Of a DNA stretch of 64,000 bases, positions 1 through 11,394 are shown piece after piece. The stretch covers positions 14,185,807-14,249,806 of the forward strand of contig NC_134031.1 in the NCBI RefSeq assembly GCF_964204645.1. Direction: 5' to 3'. Position numbers and translations under genes: made by a program. Numbering within the stretch: position 1 is the first letter of the stretch; every line of letters starts with the position of its first letter. This stretch comes from Tubulanus polymorphus (Eukaryota; Animalia; Nemertea). The notes beneath the pieces were generated by a model, which made no database searches, had not been told where the DNA came from, and was given only the letters and a program-made list of their open reading frames with translations.

Positions 1-930
1 CCACCTGAAAGGCTAGTCGCTGATAAACCGCCTTTTTCGAACGTCGGAATTGATTATTTTGGTCCGTATTTGGTAAAGATCGGCAGAAGTCAAGTAAAGC
101 GATATGGCTGTATTTTTACCTGTATGTCATCGCGAGCAGTCCACTTGGAAATCGCTAATTCTATGGACACCTCTGCGTTCATAAATGCTCTGAGACGTTT
201 CATAGCCAGGAGGGGCAACCCGGAGTGTATAAGAAGTGATAATGGAGACTTTACTGGAGCTCAACGAGAATTACGTGATTCAATAGCTGGGTGGAACCAG
301 GAGAAAATCGAAGGATTCATGCTCCAGCGCGAAATTACGTGGGAATTTAATCCGCCAAGTGGATCGCACTTCGGTGGCGTATGGGAGCGTTGCATAAGAA
401 CAGTTCGAAAGGTGCTTAATGCGTTGTTAAGCCAACAAGTGTTAAACGACGAGAATTTGTCCACTCTTATGTGCGAAGTGGAATCTGCAATTAACTCGCG
501 TCCACTTACCGCGATTTCTGGAGATGTCAGTGACTTACAGGCCCTAACGCCTAATCATATCTTGCTCTTGCGCGCCGGAGGCACCATGCCGCCAGGTGTC
601 TTTAAACCTACTGATATGTATATAAAGAGAAAGTGGCGTCAAGTACAGTATCTTGCCAATACGTTTTGGCGACATTGGGTTAAAGAGTATTTGCCTGTGT
701 TACAGGAGCGCCAGCGATGGCAAAAGCCGAGCGTCAATTTTAGCGTTGGTGACATTGTTTTAGTGATGGACCACACACTCCCTAGGTGTTGTTGGCCGCT
801 AGGCCGAGTTATTAGCGTACATCCGGGAAAGGACAATAAAGTCAGGGTTGTTACCTTGAAGACAAGGTCGCAAAATTCTCTTGTACGCCCAGTTGATAAA
901 CTTGTGCACCTCGAGTGTGTACATAAGTAA
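1..930 (+). CDS. BEL/Pao LTR retrotransposon pol, C-terminal part (integrase core and C-terminal domain); open from window start
   Basis: Frame 1 reads PPERLVADKPPFSNVGIDYFGP..RAVHLE..SDNG..PPSGSHFGGVWE..NSRPL..LTPNH..FWRHWVKEYL..WPLGRV..RPVDKL, the typical BEL/Pao integrase; all three D-D-E residues are present. Confidence 0.93.
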   Translation, partial: PPERLVADKPPFSNVGIDYFGPYLVKIGRSQVKRYGCIFTCMSSRAVHLEIANSMDTSAFINALRRFIARRGNPECIRSDNGDFTGAQRELRDSIAGWNQEKIEGFMLQREITWEFNPPSGSHFGGVWERCIRTVRKVLNALLSQQVLNDENLSTLMCEVESAINSRPLTAISGDVSDLQALTPNHILLLRAGGTMPPGVFKPTDMYIKRKWRQVQYLANTFWRHWVKEYLPVLQERQRWQKPSVNFSVGDIVLVMDHTLPRCCWPLGRVISVHPGKDNKVRVVTLKTRSQNSLVRPVDKLVHLECVHK

Positions 931-1132
931 CTTTGTAACAATTTGTATTAATTTGTAATTTTAAAGAGCGTAAACAGAATTTCTTAAGATAAGCCTATAG
1001 TGGTTTAATGTTAAGCTGGTTATGTGATGTTTTTTTTGATAATTTTGTAGTTTGTAGTACTAAGGTTTTTTGGTTTTATAAGCATAAGGCTAGTTTTTTA
1101 AATTTTTTGTTTTAAGCGCCCTACGTGCCCTT

Positions 1133-1694
1133 AAGGAGGTGGGTGATGTAGTGTTCAATTGTGTAATTTGTAACAGTTAATTTTGCTCTAGCTAGTGGCG
1201 CCCTCATGCGGTATTTCTTTGTACTAAAAGTTAAGATGGTATCCATGTGATTGCAATTTTAAGACAGTTTTAGTTTTTACGTTTGTTTCTGCCAAATTTA
1301 TGTTAGATCAATCCCAAAACGTCTGTAAGTACATAGCAGAATATCTTCTAAATGTGTATTAATATTCAGTAATCAGTAACTATAGTTTAATGTGCTTTAA
1401 ATCAGTCGCGAAAGTTTATTAAATTTAATTATTGAGTACGTGACTTCCGGTAAAGATGGAAGACATTTTTTTTTTTACTTTCGATATTAATTTCCTATGT
1501 TGCAATATTCTTATAGTGTAATATTGTTTATTTTATTAGAAACCAACAACAACATATGTAAAGAACGACAACAAGATATGTCAAGAACAACACAAGATTA
1601 AGTTGATTCAAGAATAAAAAGTCAAAGAGTTGCGTTTAAACCAAGAAGATTGTTGCGTTAAGTTTATTTGCAAGATTCAAGATTGGCAGTTACA
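1133..1694 (+). mobile_element. BEL/Pao polypurine tract (1133-1146) and 3' LTR (1147-1694)
   Basis: PPT aaggaggtgggtga directly precedes TGTA; the LTR ends TACA at 1694; AATAAA at 1613-1618; DIRS RNase H coding sequence resumes immediately after 1694. Confidence 0.82.
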
Positions 1695-4119
1695 GTCCAG
1701 CTTTTGTTTTCAACCATAAATTCCCAAATCAATCCAGCTAAGTCAAACAGGTGATTTTGGTCCACCCTGGTTATTAATGTAGGATACCGAGACTGAATTG
1801 TCAGTTTGAATTAGGATATGTTTATTTCCCAAAAACTTGGAAAAACTCTTTAGACCATAAAGAACTGCCCGTAACTCTAAAACATTGATATGCAATAATT
1901 GTTCTTGTTCAGTCCAGTGACCTCCAGTTCGCAAATCACCCAGAATAGCGCCCCAACCTGACATTGACGCATCAGTGGTCAAAGTGACCTCAGGAGAAAT
2001 CCTAGAAATAGGAGCAAACGAACCAGATATATTATCTATCCACCAATTTAATTCATTCTTTGCTTCTAATGATCTCATTTTCGCAGAAAAATTTCCACTA
2101 GAATTTCTAAGAATACTTATTTTATCTCTATCTAGTTTGCGATAGTGCAGTTGCCCAAATGGAACAGCAGGGAATACTGAAACTAAAATTCCAAAGACTC
2201 CGGCAACTTGGAGTATTGTAGGCTGAGAAGTGTCTAACAACAATTGACATTCTCTCTTGATCTTGTCAATTTTATCATTGCCTATGAAAACGATCCAAAG
2301 TTTTGAATTCAACCAAAACCCTAACCATTTTCTTTGAGTATCTGCTTCTTTCTCTGATTTAACTTCATGAATTAAATAACCTGCTTTAGATAACTAAAGC
2401 TCAGTTTCAGATGTATTAATACTATTTTCCAAAATAGTATCTCCTTGTAAATGTAATATCATCAATATAATCAACTGAGATGAACCCTCTTAATTGAATG
2501 GTTCAAAAACAGGTTTCAATAACTTTGTAAAAAGTCTAGGAGCAGAAGAAATTCCATTCGGTAAACAGGTATATTGAAAAAGTCGACCTTTCCATATAAA
2601 TCTAAGATATTTCCTATCATTTTCATGAATCGGGATAGAGTAATAAGCGTCCTTAAGATCTAATGAAGACATTAAACAACCTGGAGTCATGAGACTCTAA
2701 CTGTAGCAAGAGAATTCATTTTAAAGTGACAATATTTTACTCTTTTGTTCAAATTAACTAAATTTAGAATCAATCTTAATGCTCCATCTTTCTTCAGAAC
2801 AACGAAAATATTTGAAATGAATTCATCTTTATCATGAGTTGCGAATTCAATAATCTGACGACTAAGAAATTCCGTCAAAAGCTTGTCAATAGCTTCAGAT
2901 TCAACAAACAGAAAAGTAATAGGTTTTGGTCACTTTTCCTGGATAGGGGGAGAAGTAGTCCACTCAATACGGTAACCTTTTACAGATTGCAAAATAAATT
3001 GATCAGACAAAAGTGTCTTTCAGAAAGGCAAAAAATGCCTAATTCGACCAGCAACCGCTAAATTCGAAGATGAAAAACTTACCACTTCTTCTGTTGATGC
3101 TGCTGCTGGCCTTTTCTCCAAAAATTCTGTTTCTCAGTGCTATAAAGAGGTTTAGAATAATAATTATCATTTCTTCGGTAGGGATGAAATCGGCCTCTAC
3201 CGCGTGAACGTCCACGAAAATGTGGTCTGCCTCTCGGATTGACTAATTGGTCAACCAAACGACTAGATTTCTCCGCGTCAGGGAGTTGATCTGATAAATT
3301 ATCTCCAAAGAGATCATTTCCAATTGGATTGGAAGCCGTCCAAATGGCTTTGTACTTTTGATTAAAGTTACGTTTTAATCAATCTCTTCGACGAAGATTT
3401 AATGAGTAATTAGCTTTAGAAAAAAGCATAAGTGCATCATAGAGCTTGGCTCCAACAGACTTTTTGTCAACAGGCGCTTTATCTGACAATAATTCAACTG
3501 CCTGACTAATTGCAGTCATTCCCCGAAGATTATAAAACTGGACTTTCTGTAAATTGGAATCCAGAGCAGTCATATCTTTGGGTAACTTGCACTAAATAGC
3601 CTGATTAACCCAAGAAGGAGGGCAATTCGCCTGAAGACCGGCTAAATCATCTGCGAAAAGTTTATTTAAATCATCATCCTGATTAATTATATTGTTATTA
3701 TCATCAGGTAAAGTCTCGTTAAACAGCTACAATTAAACCCAGAAGATTCCGAAACTATTTCATCATCATAAATGTCTTCACAGACAACTTTAGACTCTCC
3801 GTTTTTTCATTTTAAGGAATTCCGCCATAACAGAATCGGAATCCGGATTTAAACGAGTTGCTTTATTTGAAGGGTCATTACCCAAAGCTTTATCTTTCGA
3901 TGTCGAAGTCGACTTTAAAGGCGTTTCCTTCAAAACCCTAGATTGAACGGCGGTAAACTCAATCCCGTTAACAGGCTATAAGCCTGTGATTTGCCTTCAT
4001 TAATAGAACACGATATATAGTCACTATCGGCAATATTCAAATCGGCGGGTTTCAACAGTGACCTCTTGCGCTAAATCAAAAACGTCACACGACGGATAGC
4101 GAGAAATGTTCTTGGACAT
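1695..4119 (-). pseudogene. Degenerate DIRS-like (tyrosine recombinase) retrotransposon: gag, RT and RNase H with frameshifts and stops
   Basis: RNase H TLTTDASMSGWGA..HINVLELRAV..IQTDNSVSVSYINNQGG (1743-2312); RT LDLKDAYYSIPIH..YLRF..FQYTCLPNGISSAPRLFTK (2490-2690) and SNIFVVLKKDGALRLILNL..HFKM (2687-2878); gag-like LQKVQ..DALMLFSKANYSLNLRRRD (3379-3573). The YR gene is not in the window. Confidence 0.88.
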
Positions 4120-4854
4120 TTTAATAGAATGAAAAACAGCACCCTGAGGGTCCGTTAGTTAATATTAATATGATGGCAATCCCGAAAATATACTTCCTTC
4201 CGACTCAGTCTGACCAATTATATTTAGCCTCTCAAACATTTATGTTGCGTTGTTCGTGATTGGATAAGGTTTAAAAAGGCTAGAAACAACTTATTCTTTG
4301 TTTCTCAATATTGATGTGTTAGTTACTACATAGATGGCGATCGCTACAACCATTTGAAGTGACTCCCACAATTATTTTGCCTTGCCTTCCTTTAGTAAAT
4401 AGAGCAGTGGTATTTTATCATTGCACGTGGGAAGCTGAATCTTTTCTAGGTTAAAGTAAACTTGTATACAAACAATTTCACGGTGTACTACCAGATTCCT
4501 GCGTGGCGTTTGGGAGTAATTATTTTTCAAAGATCATGCCCCGTGTACACTAGATAGTCTCATTCAGAGCGTTATAAATTATACTTACAGCAGGTATGTA
4601 AACCTATAAAAACATTCTTTTGGGTGAAGATATCACTGTTGAATGTCTAAGGGCGAATTAAATCATCATCGTGACGATGTAGAAAACGATAAGGCCCTAT
4701 TGACCTTTAAAAAAATTATTACAGCAAGCCTATCTCAGTTTCAAATTTTCTTGTTTTCAATGAACCCCAACGAAATCATTTATTTTTCTTTGTCTTCCAG
4801 TAAGATGAGCTTCAAGGCTAAGTGTTCAGCGAATGACAGACACCAGGAGTGCCA

Positions 4855-5093
4855 GAAGAAGGAGCAAATCACACATTAATATTGAAAGTTTTCAATATCA
4901 ATCAAAGAAAGCAATTTAAATTAATCATATGCTTTTATTACTATATTTCTATCAGCCTTATATCAATAATTTGCACATTTTAAATATGATTGAAATTAAT
5001 AAATTGGTACCTTTTTCTTAAAAACCATTTCCCATAAGATTGTGAAAGCTGAAATGAACTTTTTTAATTGTATGTATAACTAACTACATGCTG
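4855..5093. repeat. ~240-bp direct repeat, copy 1 (copy 2 at 7453-8179, interrupted by a Helentron-type element)
   Basis: gaagaaggagcaaatcacacattaatattg...taactacatgctg is nearly identical at both sites. Confidence 0.9.
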
Positions 5094-5100
5094 TTAGTAT

Positions 5101-5314
5101 AATAAGATAAAATCCCACTAGGCTATTTACAGATTAAAAGAATTTAAAAACCAGACACACCTGACGATGATCTCTAGGGTGAGATCGAAACGTTGTGTCT
5201 TTTATATATTTTTGATTGAATAAATAAATTCTGGTTTTTAAATTCTTTTAATCTGTAAATAGTGGGATTTTATCTTATTATCCGTTCACCACCTTTGAGT
5301 GTGGTTATCGTTCT
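5101..5314 (+). mobile_element. Penelope-like fold-back mini-insertion with 13-bp TSD
   Basis: TSD atgctgttagtat at 5088-5100 and 5315-5327; inverted arms enclose a hammerhead core; related copy at 52580-52792. Confidence 0.8.
5153..5200 (+). ncRNA. Minimal type I hammerhead ribozyme (Penelope-type)
   Basis: acac-CUGACGA-u-GAUCUC(uagggu)GAGAUC-GAAA-cGUU-gugu: conserved core boxes, 6-bp stem II, palindromic minimal stem III (AACGUU), stem I ACAC/GUGU. Confidence 0.72.
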
Positions 5315-7518
5315 ATGCTGTTAGTATGTTGAATGAAATGCAAAAATAACACTGAAATTTTAAAAAAAAGAATAATTGATGATCTTTTGATTGACTGGAA
5401 TGTTTTGTTTTAATTACCTTTTTTAAATTAATTTTTGTCTTCTAATCTACTAAATAAACTTTGAATTGTGATGAATACTTAGGTTCTTGGTCTCCATATC
5501 TATATACCGGTATTTATGTTTTCAGCAGGCTAAATATTCTTACAATACACCCGAAATAATACATTTGCATTACCAGTTATTTCAGCTAGAAATAGCCCCC
5601 ATATATTTGGATCCGTCTTGTGCTGCCACCACATGGCTAGTCAACACTGATTCATTCAAGATCAATTCTTAGACAGTGTTTTATTTAATAAAACTGTGAT
5701 TAATGAGATAAGACAGTTTCTACAGATTGATAAGAGTATATTCTACCTGAAATGACAAATTATAAAATCAAAAATATCGATATTATGCACAAGTAAACTT
5801 TGTGGCAGAAAGCAGCATTAATCTCCAGGAAGTCACCTATATTTACGTGAGTCACGTAAATTTACGGGATACCCGTAGAAATACATATGCAAGTCGACCT
5901 GGTAAAGTGACAAATAACCGATAAAAACGAGAGCTCCTCTCGAACACGGCTATACGGACCGGAAGTATGCAACACAGTGACGTATAGGAAGTGACGACAA
6001 TCTCATGGAATTACGTGCAGGTAAATGCAGGAGAATTCAACTAAGCCACACTTAAACTGCTTACTGGAGTTCTAATAGATGATGCTGATGCTGGTACTCT
6101 GTCATCGACATCAGGTCATGTTCACAGTTATAAAATAATGTTAACGTTATTTTCATAGACGGACGACGGGCGCCGAAGGACGTCCCTTTGATAAACGCGT
6201 ATATGTGGATTCTAGAAAGTGTCTTTTTAACCGAATCTGACTTACTGACAAAGCCAGAAAAAAATGACGTCACAGTAGGTCCGGTATGAAGTTCATGGGG
6301 AAATCGCAAGTAGAATTACGTTACGCTAAAATCCGGCAGCGAAGTAACTAAAATCCCGCAACTTTTGGATCGGGTGATTACAGAATGTATTTATTTCGTG
6401 AAATTTCGACCAAGATTGAATCGTTGAATCGTTTAACAATGAACCGCCTGATCGAACGAGTTCAAATAGCTGATATTCCCTTAGCAACCGGAGCGAATTC
6501 ATAATAACAAACGCGCCCGGTCCGGCATCGCGCACGGGTTCGAATCCCGGAGAATTACGCTCTAGCGCGCACGTACAGCAGTCAACCCCAGCCGCAGCAC
6601 TGAAATATTTAATTATCTTATCAAATTAAATTACTCTAAAACAGCGATGAGAGTTAAACTGAGTGCGTTAAGACTCGTACAATTTGCTTAAAATTTCACG
6701 GCAGCGCCGATCGGTCTCGCTCGAGCAGCAGCCACCACATCGCGGTCGGCAACAACATTTAGTCTCTGCCCCTTCTTTCACCAAATAAGGAATTCAGTAC
6801 CGCTAGCCACATGCACTGCTTATTTACTTGAGCCGTAGATACCCGGTACTCGTTATTCCCGGAGGATTAGAAACAAATAAATATTTTTCGTAAGAGAAAT
6901 CAATTTTTGTATTGACATTTGAATTTTTCTGCTGATAATTAATCAATTCGATTCTTTCTGGCAGAAAATAATTTTCCGATTGATGCGTTTCAACCTGTCT
7001 TCCATTTTTCTCCGTAATTAAACAATTCGTCGTAATCTTCTTGTCCTTTTGCTTTCGAATGGTGCTAATCTCTTAATTAACAACCAGGTCAAAATTCTTC
7101 AATCTTGCAAAAACCAGTCTCAGTCTGAGTCAGTTTCACTTCGAAATGTCGGTTACATAGCGGTTTTTCAAAGTGGTTTAAACCATCGAATAATTCCTGC
7201 ACTAATCTAAATCGAAATAGTTTTTAGCAGTGATAAACAGTGCCACGGGTAAGCCAAATACCAAAAATAATAAATAATTCAGTTGGGAAATTGGGTCAAG
7301 TCTTTTTCTGGCAGAATATTGAATTTCATTATCTTAAAAGCCCAAATTTTCTATAACCAGAAATGAATCAAACCTTACAGTTGCAGTTTCATCGTCTTTC
7401 CCCATCCCCCAACCCTCTGGCATTATTTTTCATTTTTCCAAGTTTTATCTACGAAGAAGGAGCAAATCACACATTAATATTGAAAGTTTTCAATATCAAT
7501 CAAAGAAAGCAATTTAAA

Positions 7519-7982
7519 ATATAGCTGCAAAGCAGCGATAACGGGTTTTCTGGATGCATGTGATCGAAAGGAAAAATTAATTACCGGGTATTCGATGGAA
7601 AAAATAAAATGAGATGATTTGGATATTATCGGAGCAATCCTCTTTTTGGTCTCGGAGCCCTCCTTTATTAACTTACTAAATGACGTCACAAACTGTTATT
7701 TCGCCGGTGCTTGTTGTCTAACAATTCAATTCAATTCTTTATTTACAGTAACCTAATAAGTAATTTTAAGTTTCAAATAGGATGGAAAGTACATTCAGAC
7801 AATCTGTTGGTTCAGAGAGACCGTTATTACAGTATCAATTTATACATTTTGTTTCGAAGCTGTCAGTTGCCGAATCTGAATGAAGATGAATTTTATTTGA
7901 CGAAATCGGCGGAAAATATATAATAATAATAATAATCAACAGAATTTCAAGAGGGTTTTCGACGAAAGTCAGAAAACCCTAA
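7519..7982 (-). mobile_element. Non-autonomous Helentron (HINE)-type element, family A
   Basis: Minus strand starts TTAGGGTTTTCTGACTTTCGTCGAAAACCC (5' hairpin), then (TTA)n, and ends CAGAAAACCC..ATCGCTGCTTTGCAGCTATAT (subTIR and 3' stem-loop). It sits at a TT site with no TSD when compared with the empty duplicate at 4911-4930. Confidence 0.72.
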
Positions 7983-8489
7983 TTAATCATATGCTTTTAT
8001 TACTATATTTCTATCAGCCTTATATCAATAATTTGCACATTTTAAATATGATTGAAATTAATAAATTGGTACCTTTTTCTTAAGAACCATTTCCCATAAG
8101 ATTGTGAAAGCTGAAATGAACTTTTTTAACTGTATGTATAACAGTATGTTTAACTGTATGTATAACTAACTACATGCTGACGAATTGATATGCTTCGGGC
8201 CCACAATTTCAATATGAAATAGAATTGATCAAAGTCGGTGGTTCTAAACACCGACCAAAACCGTCCAATACCGCCTGAAACCGTCCAATACCGACCAAAA
8301 GCCGTCCAACACCGACCAAAAGTAAAATTAGTACCGACCAAAATTGTAACAACCACCAAAAGTAGAATATGATACCGACCAAAACTAAGACGAGTAAAAT
8401 GATACCCGACATCGTCTGATACCGACCAAAAGAATTTTGAACTAATCGCACAGATAATTCTCAAAACAAAGCTACGCGTGTCACTTCGA

Positions 8490-8950
8490 TCACTGAGCGA
8501 CCACAGTTCAATTTTGAATAGGTACAACTTTGTTAAATCTTTCACTACTTGAAAACTAATTCATGATCATTGGAAGGAATCACTCACTCACTCACTCCGT
8601 AATTGGCGTATCAAAGCAAACACAACTGAGACAAGTAATTTTTTTTTCAATTATTCATATCATAATAACTTGCTTTGATCATTATGTACTGAACGACCAC
8701 AGTTCAATTTTCAATAGGTAATTACAACTTTAGTCAGTTGCCTAAAGTAATTTAATATCTTTCACTTATTGAAAACTAATTTATGATCATTAGAAGGAGA
8801 CACTCACTTACTCCGTAATTGGCGTATCAAAGCAAACGCAACTGAGACTAATTTTTGTTTCAATTTCCACAATAACTTGCTTTGATCAAATTATTTACTG
8901 AACGACCACAGTTCAATTTTGAATAGGTAATTACAACTTTAGTTGCCTAC
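8490..8950. repeat. ~200-bp tandem repeat (about 2.3 copies) inside the MULE
   Basis: ctga(g/a)cgaccacagttcaatttt(g/c)aataggt recurs at ~8493, ~8689 and ~8898. Confidence 0.8.
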
Positions 8951-9032
8951 TGTTAGTAATTACACTTTCCGTAATACTAAGTCACAATTTTTAGACAGGG
9001 CCATCATTCATCGACAAAATTACGTAAAAGCA

Positions 9033-10765
9033 ATGGCATCGAGAAAAATTCAACCCCGTCGTCGTTAGGTCCGTTGGCCTTGTAGTGTTTGCAGCCTGGA
9101 ATGTAAAAATCATTCGATATATTGTCCCTTCTGTGAAATGTGGAGCCATTCAAGCTGCGAGAAAATATCAGCAAATATATAACTGCCTGGAAATTATAGC
9201 TGCAACTCGTGCCGCCACGAAGACGATGGTTCATTATCTTATGGCCACGCACTAAAACGATTGGAAGAGTCTGCGATGAAAGGAATAAAAGGTCTAAAGG
9301 ATGAAGCAAAAATGCTTACGTTACTTTTCCCTGACCAAGAGTCGAAAATGCAATTATCCGTAGTTAAACGAGTCAGAACTTCAAGTCGATGGGTACAGCA
9401 AACACCTGCTAGATATGATCGGACCATCGAATAAGATTCCAATTCGAGATCGAGGAAATGGAAATTGTCTATTTAATTCAGTTTCCGTCGCACTTTCAGG
9501 AACAGAAGAATTGGCGACGAAACTGAGAGTACGAACTTTTATGGAAATGGTATTGAATTCAACATTCTATAAGAACCATGGTAAATATGCTGACTTCCTA
9601 AAGTGTTCTCCTGAATTCGACACAGCATGTCTTGAAGCTGCCAAGAACCACTCATATTCTTCGATATTTACAGTTCAGGCATTGGCAACCGTTTTACAAC
9701 GGCCAATAATGTCCGTGTACCCAGCAGTCAACGGAATTTTTGATCATTGCGCTAGAATACTTAATTGCAATTTTAATCCAAGAGACAAAGGTATCGCCAA
9801 GAAAAGAAAACGACAAAATCAACAAGAAATCTATTTAATGTGGACTAAGTCGACTACAGATGAAAGGCCAAGAACAGATGAAACTTGGTTACCAAACCAT
9901 TTCGTTCCACTATTGGAAAAAGAAAAGGCGATGAAGGAACGAAAGATAGGGCCACCACCCGAGCAGAAACGAGTTGAACATAGTAAGAAAAGGAATGTCC
10001 ATTTTACTCCAACCAAAAGAGAAAGTGAAATCGACGAAATGGCCGAAAAGCGGAGCCGAAATATCAGTCCATCAGGTATTATGTCATCGACATTTGGAAG
10101 AAAACGTCCGGAGACACCTTCAACACAAGGTCGGGGCGAATGATAAAATAAAACACAATGTGATTAAATCTATATTTGGAAAAAACGGTATTTTAGATAG
10201 CGAAAGTGAATTTGATTTCGAGAACATGGTAATGAATATAAGAGAGAAGAACACGCGTGTAGTTCCAAATTTTCTATCTTATTTTGAGAAACTCGTTCCA
10301 AAACTTAAAGAGTATGTATTTAAACCAAAATTAAGAAACCATTGGATTCCTACGAATTGGACAAATAACAATTGCGAGTCATTGAATCAGGTTATTAAGA
10401 TGGCGATAAACTGGAAAATTCAGAAAGTGCCCGACTTAATTACGAAGTTGCACGAGATCGTACGACTTCAGTATATTGACATGAGGCGAGCTTTACACGG
10501 CCAAGGAAATTACCAACTCGCCCCGAAATTGGGAAATTTTGCAGTCAGCCATGCAGTATGGGCAACAAAAACTAAAGATGAAAAAACAAAACATTTTGAA
10601 AAATTCATGAAATATAAAACACCACGCAAAGTTAACAACGTAATCACCTCAACAGATGGTACTCTATGCATCCCAAAAACGGCTACAACTGCGAAGAAGC
10701 CCGGGCAGAGAAAGCGAACCAAAAGTGAACGAACGACACCTGCTCGAAGAAAATTAGATATGTAA
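9033..10765 (+). pseudogene. MULE-encoded PHD finger + vertnin-type OTU domain + C-terminal MULE transposase fragment (stops, frameshifts, internal deletion)
   Basis: From ATG 9033: WPCSVCSLECKNHSIYCPFCEMWSHSSC..YSCNSC (C4HC3, two in-frame stops). ORF 9415-10143: GNGNCLFNSVS..ALATVLQRPIMSVYP..LMWT..PNHFVPLL (OTU Cys/His). ORF 9974-10765: LCHRH (CxxH)..IFG..WTNNNCESLN (MULE catalytic Glu). The region with the two catalytic Asp residues is missing. Confidence 0.8.
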
Positions 10766-10801
10766 AGTTTGTTGATATAGATTGTAAATAAGATTTCTTA
10801 A

Positions 10802-11394
10802 CCCTTTAACTAGCAATCGGTCGCTAGCGACCGATTTGAATAGACCAGCTATAGTGAATAGAATAGTCAAGTATTGATTTCAGTGAAGCATTCTAACTCA
10901 TTTTCCTATCAGCAGATGGAGACACCAGACGGCCTACAATGTCTAACAAGGTTGGAAAGTGATATATCATACATTTGGCATGTAGAAGGGGGTATGGAAA
11001 CCATGTGTCACGTGGTTCAGATTTCCAAAATTGAGAATATCGTTAGTAGTAATGGCCAATGCACTAAAGACGTTCTTTAGTGAGTTTGGCTGATATTTTG
11101 GACATAGTAATGAAAGATTCTGATGATAATTCATATTGTGATGAATCTCATCATAGTTTTTTATTATGGGTGGCCCAAAAATCTGAATGACCTTGGGATC
11201 TGTGACCTTGGGATCAGACCCTGAAGGTAACACCCAAAGTTCGCAAACATGGTATCATTTGAAAGCTTATGAAAAGAGCTTTCATAAAAAACATACAATG
11301 TTGGGTTATCCCTCATATCTACTGAGTTATTAAGTTTTCCCCTTGCAAGGTCCAAAATCTCTCACAGGCCGAAAAATACTTGCCAGTTAAAGGG
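10802..11394. mobile_element. piggyBac-type MITE
   Basis: TTAA TSD (10798-10801, 11395-11398); TIR CCCTTTAACT(A/G)GCAA matches 14/15; related internal sequence at ~44978-45300. Confidence 0.85.

Noticed and set aside
6520-6560. tRNA gene suggested by GGTTCGAATCCC (also ~33905-33940 and ~16210-16280)
   Set aside because: Only B-box/T-arm-like motifs; I could not build a full cloverleaf, so these are more likely SINE-head remnants.
8150-8545. Hydrophobic ORFs at 8150-8545, 8209-8451 and 12052-12304
   Set aside because: They are translations of the repetitive MULE TIRs.
9415-10143. Host vertnin (VRTN) orthologue
   Set aside because: It lies inside TIRs with a TSD, is broken by stops and frameshifts, and is joined to a transposase fragment, so it is TE cargo.
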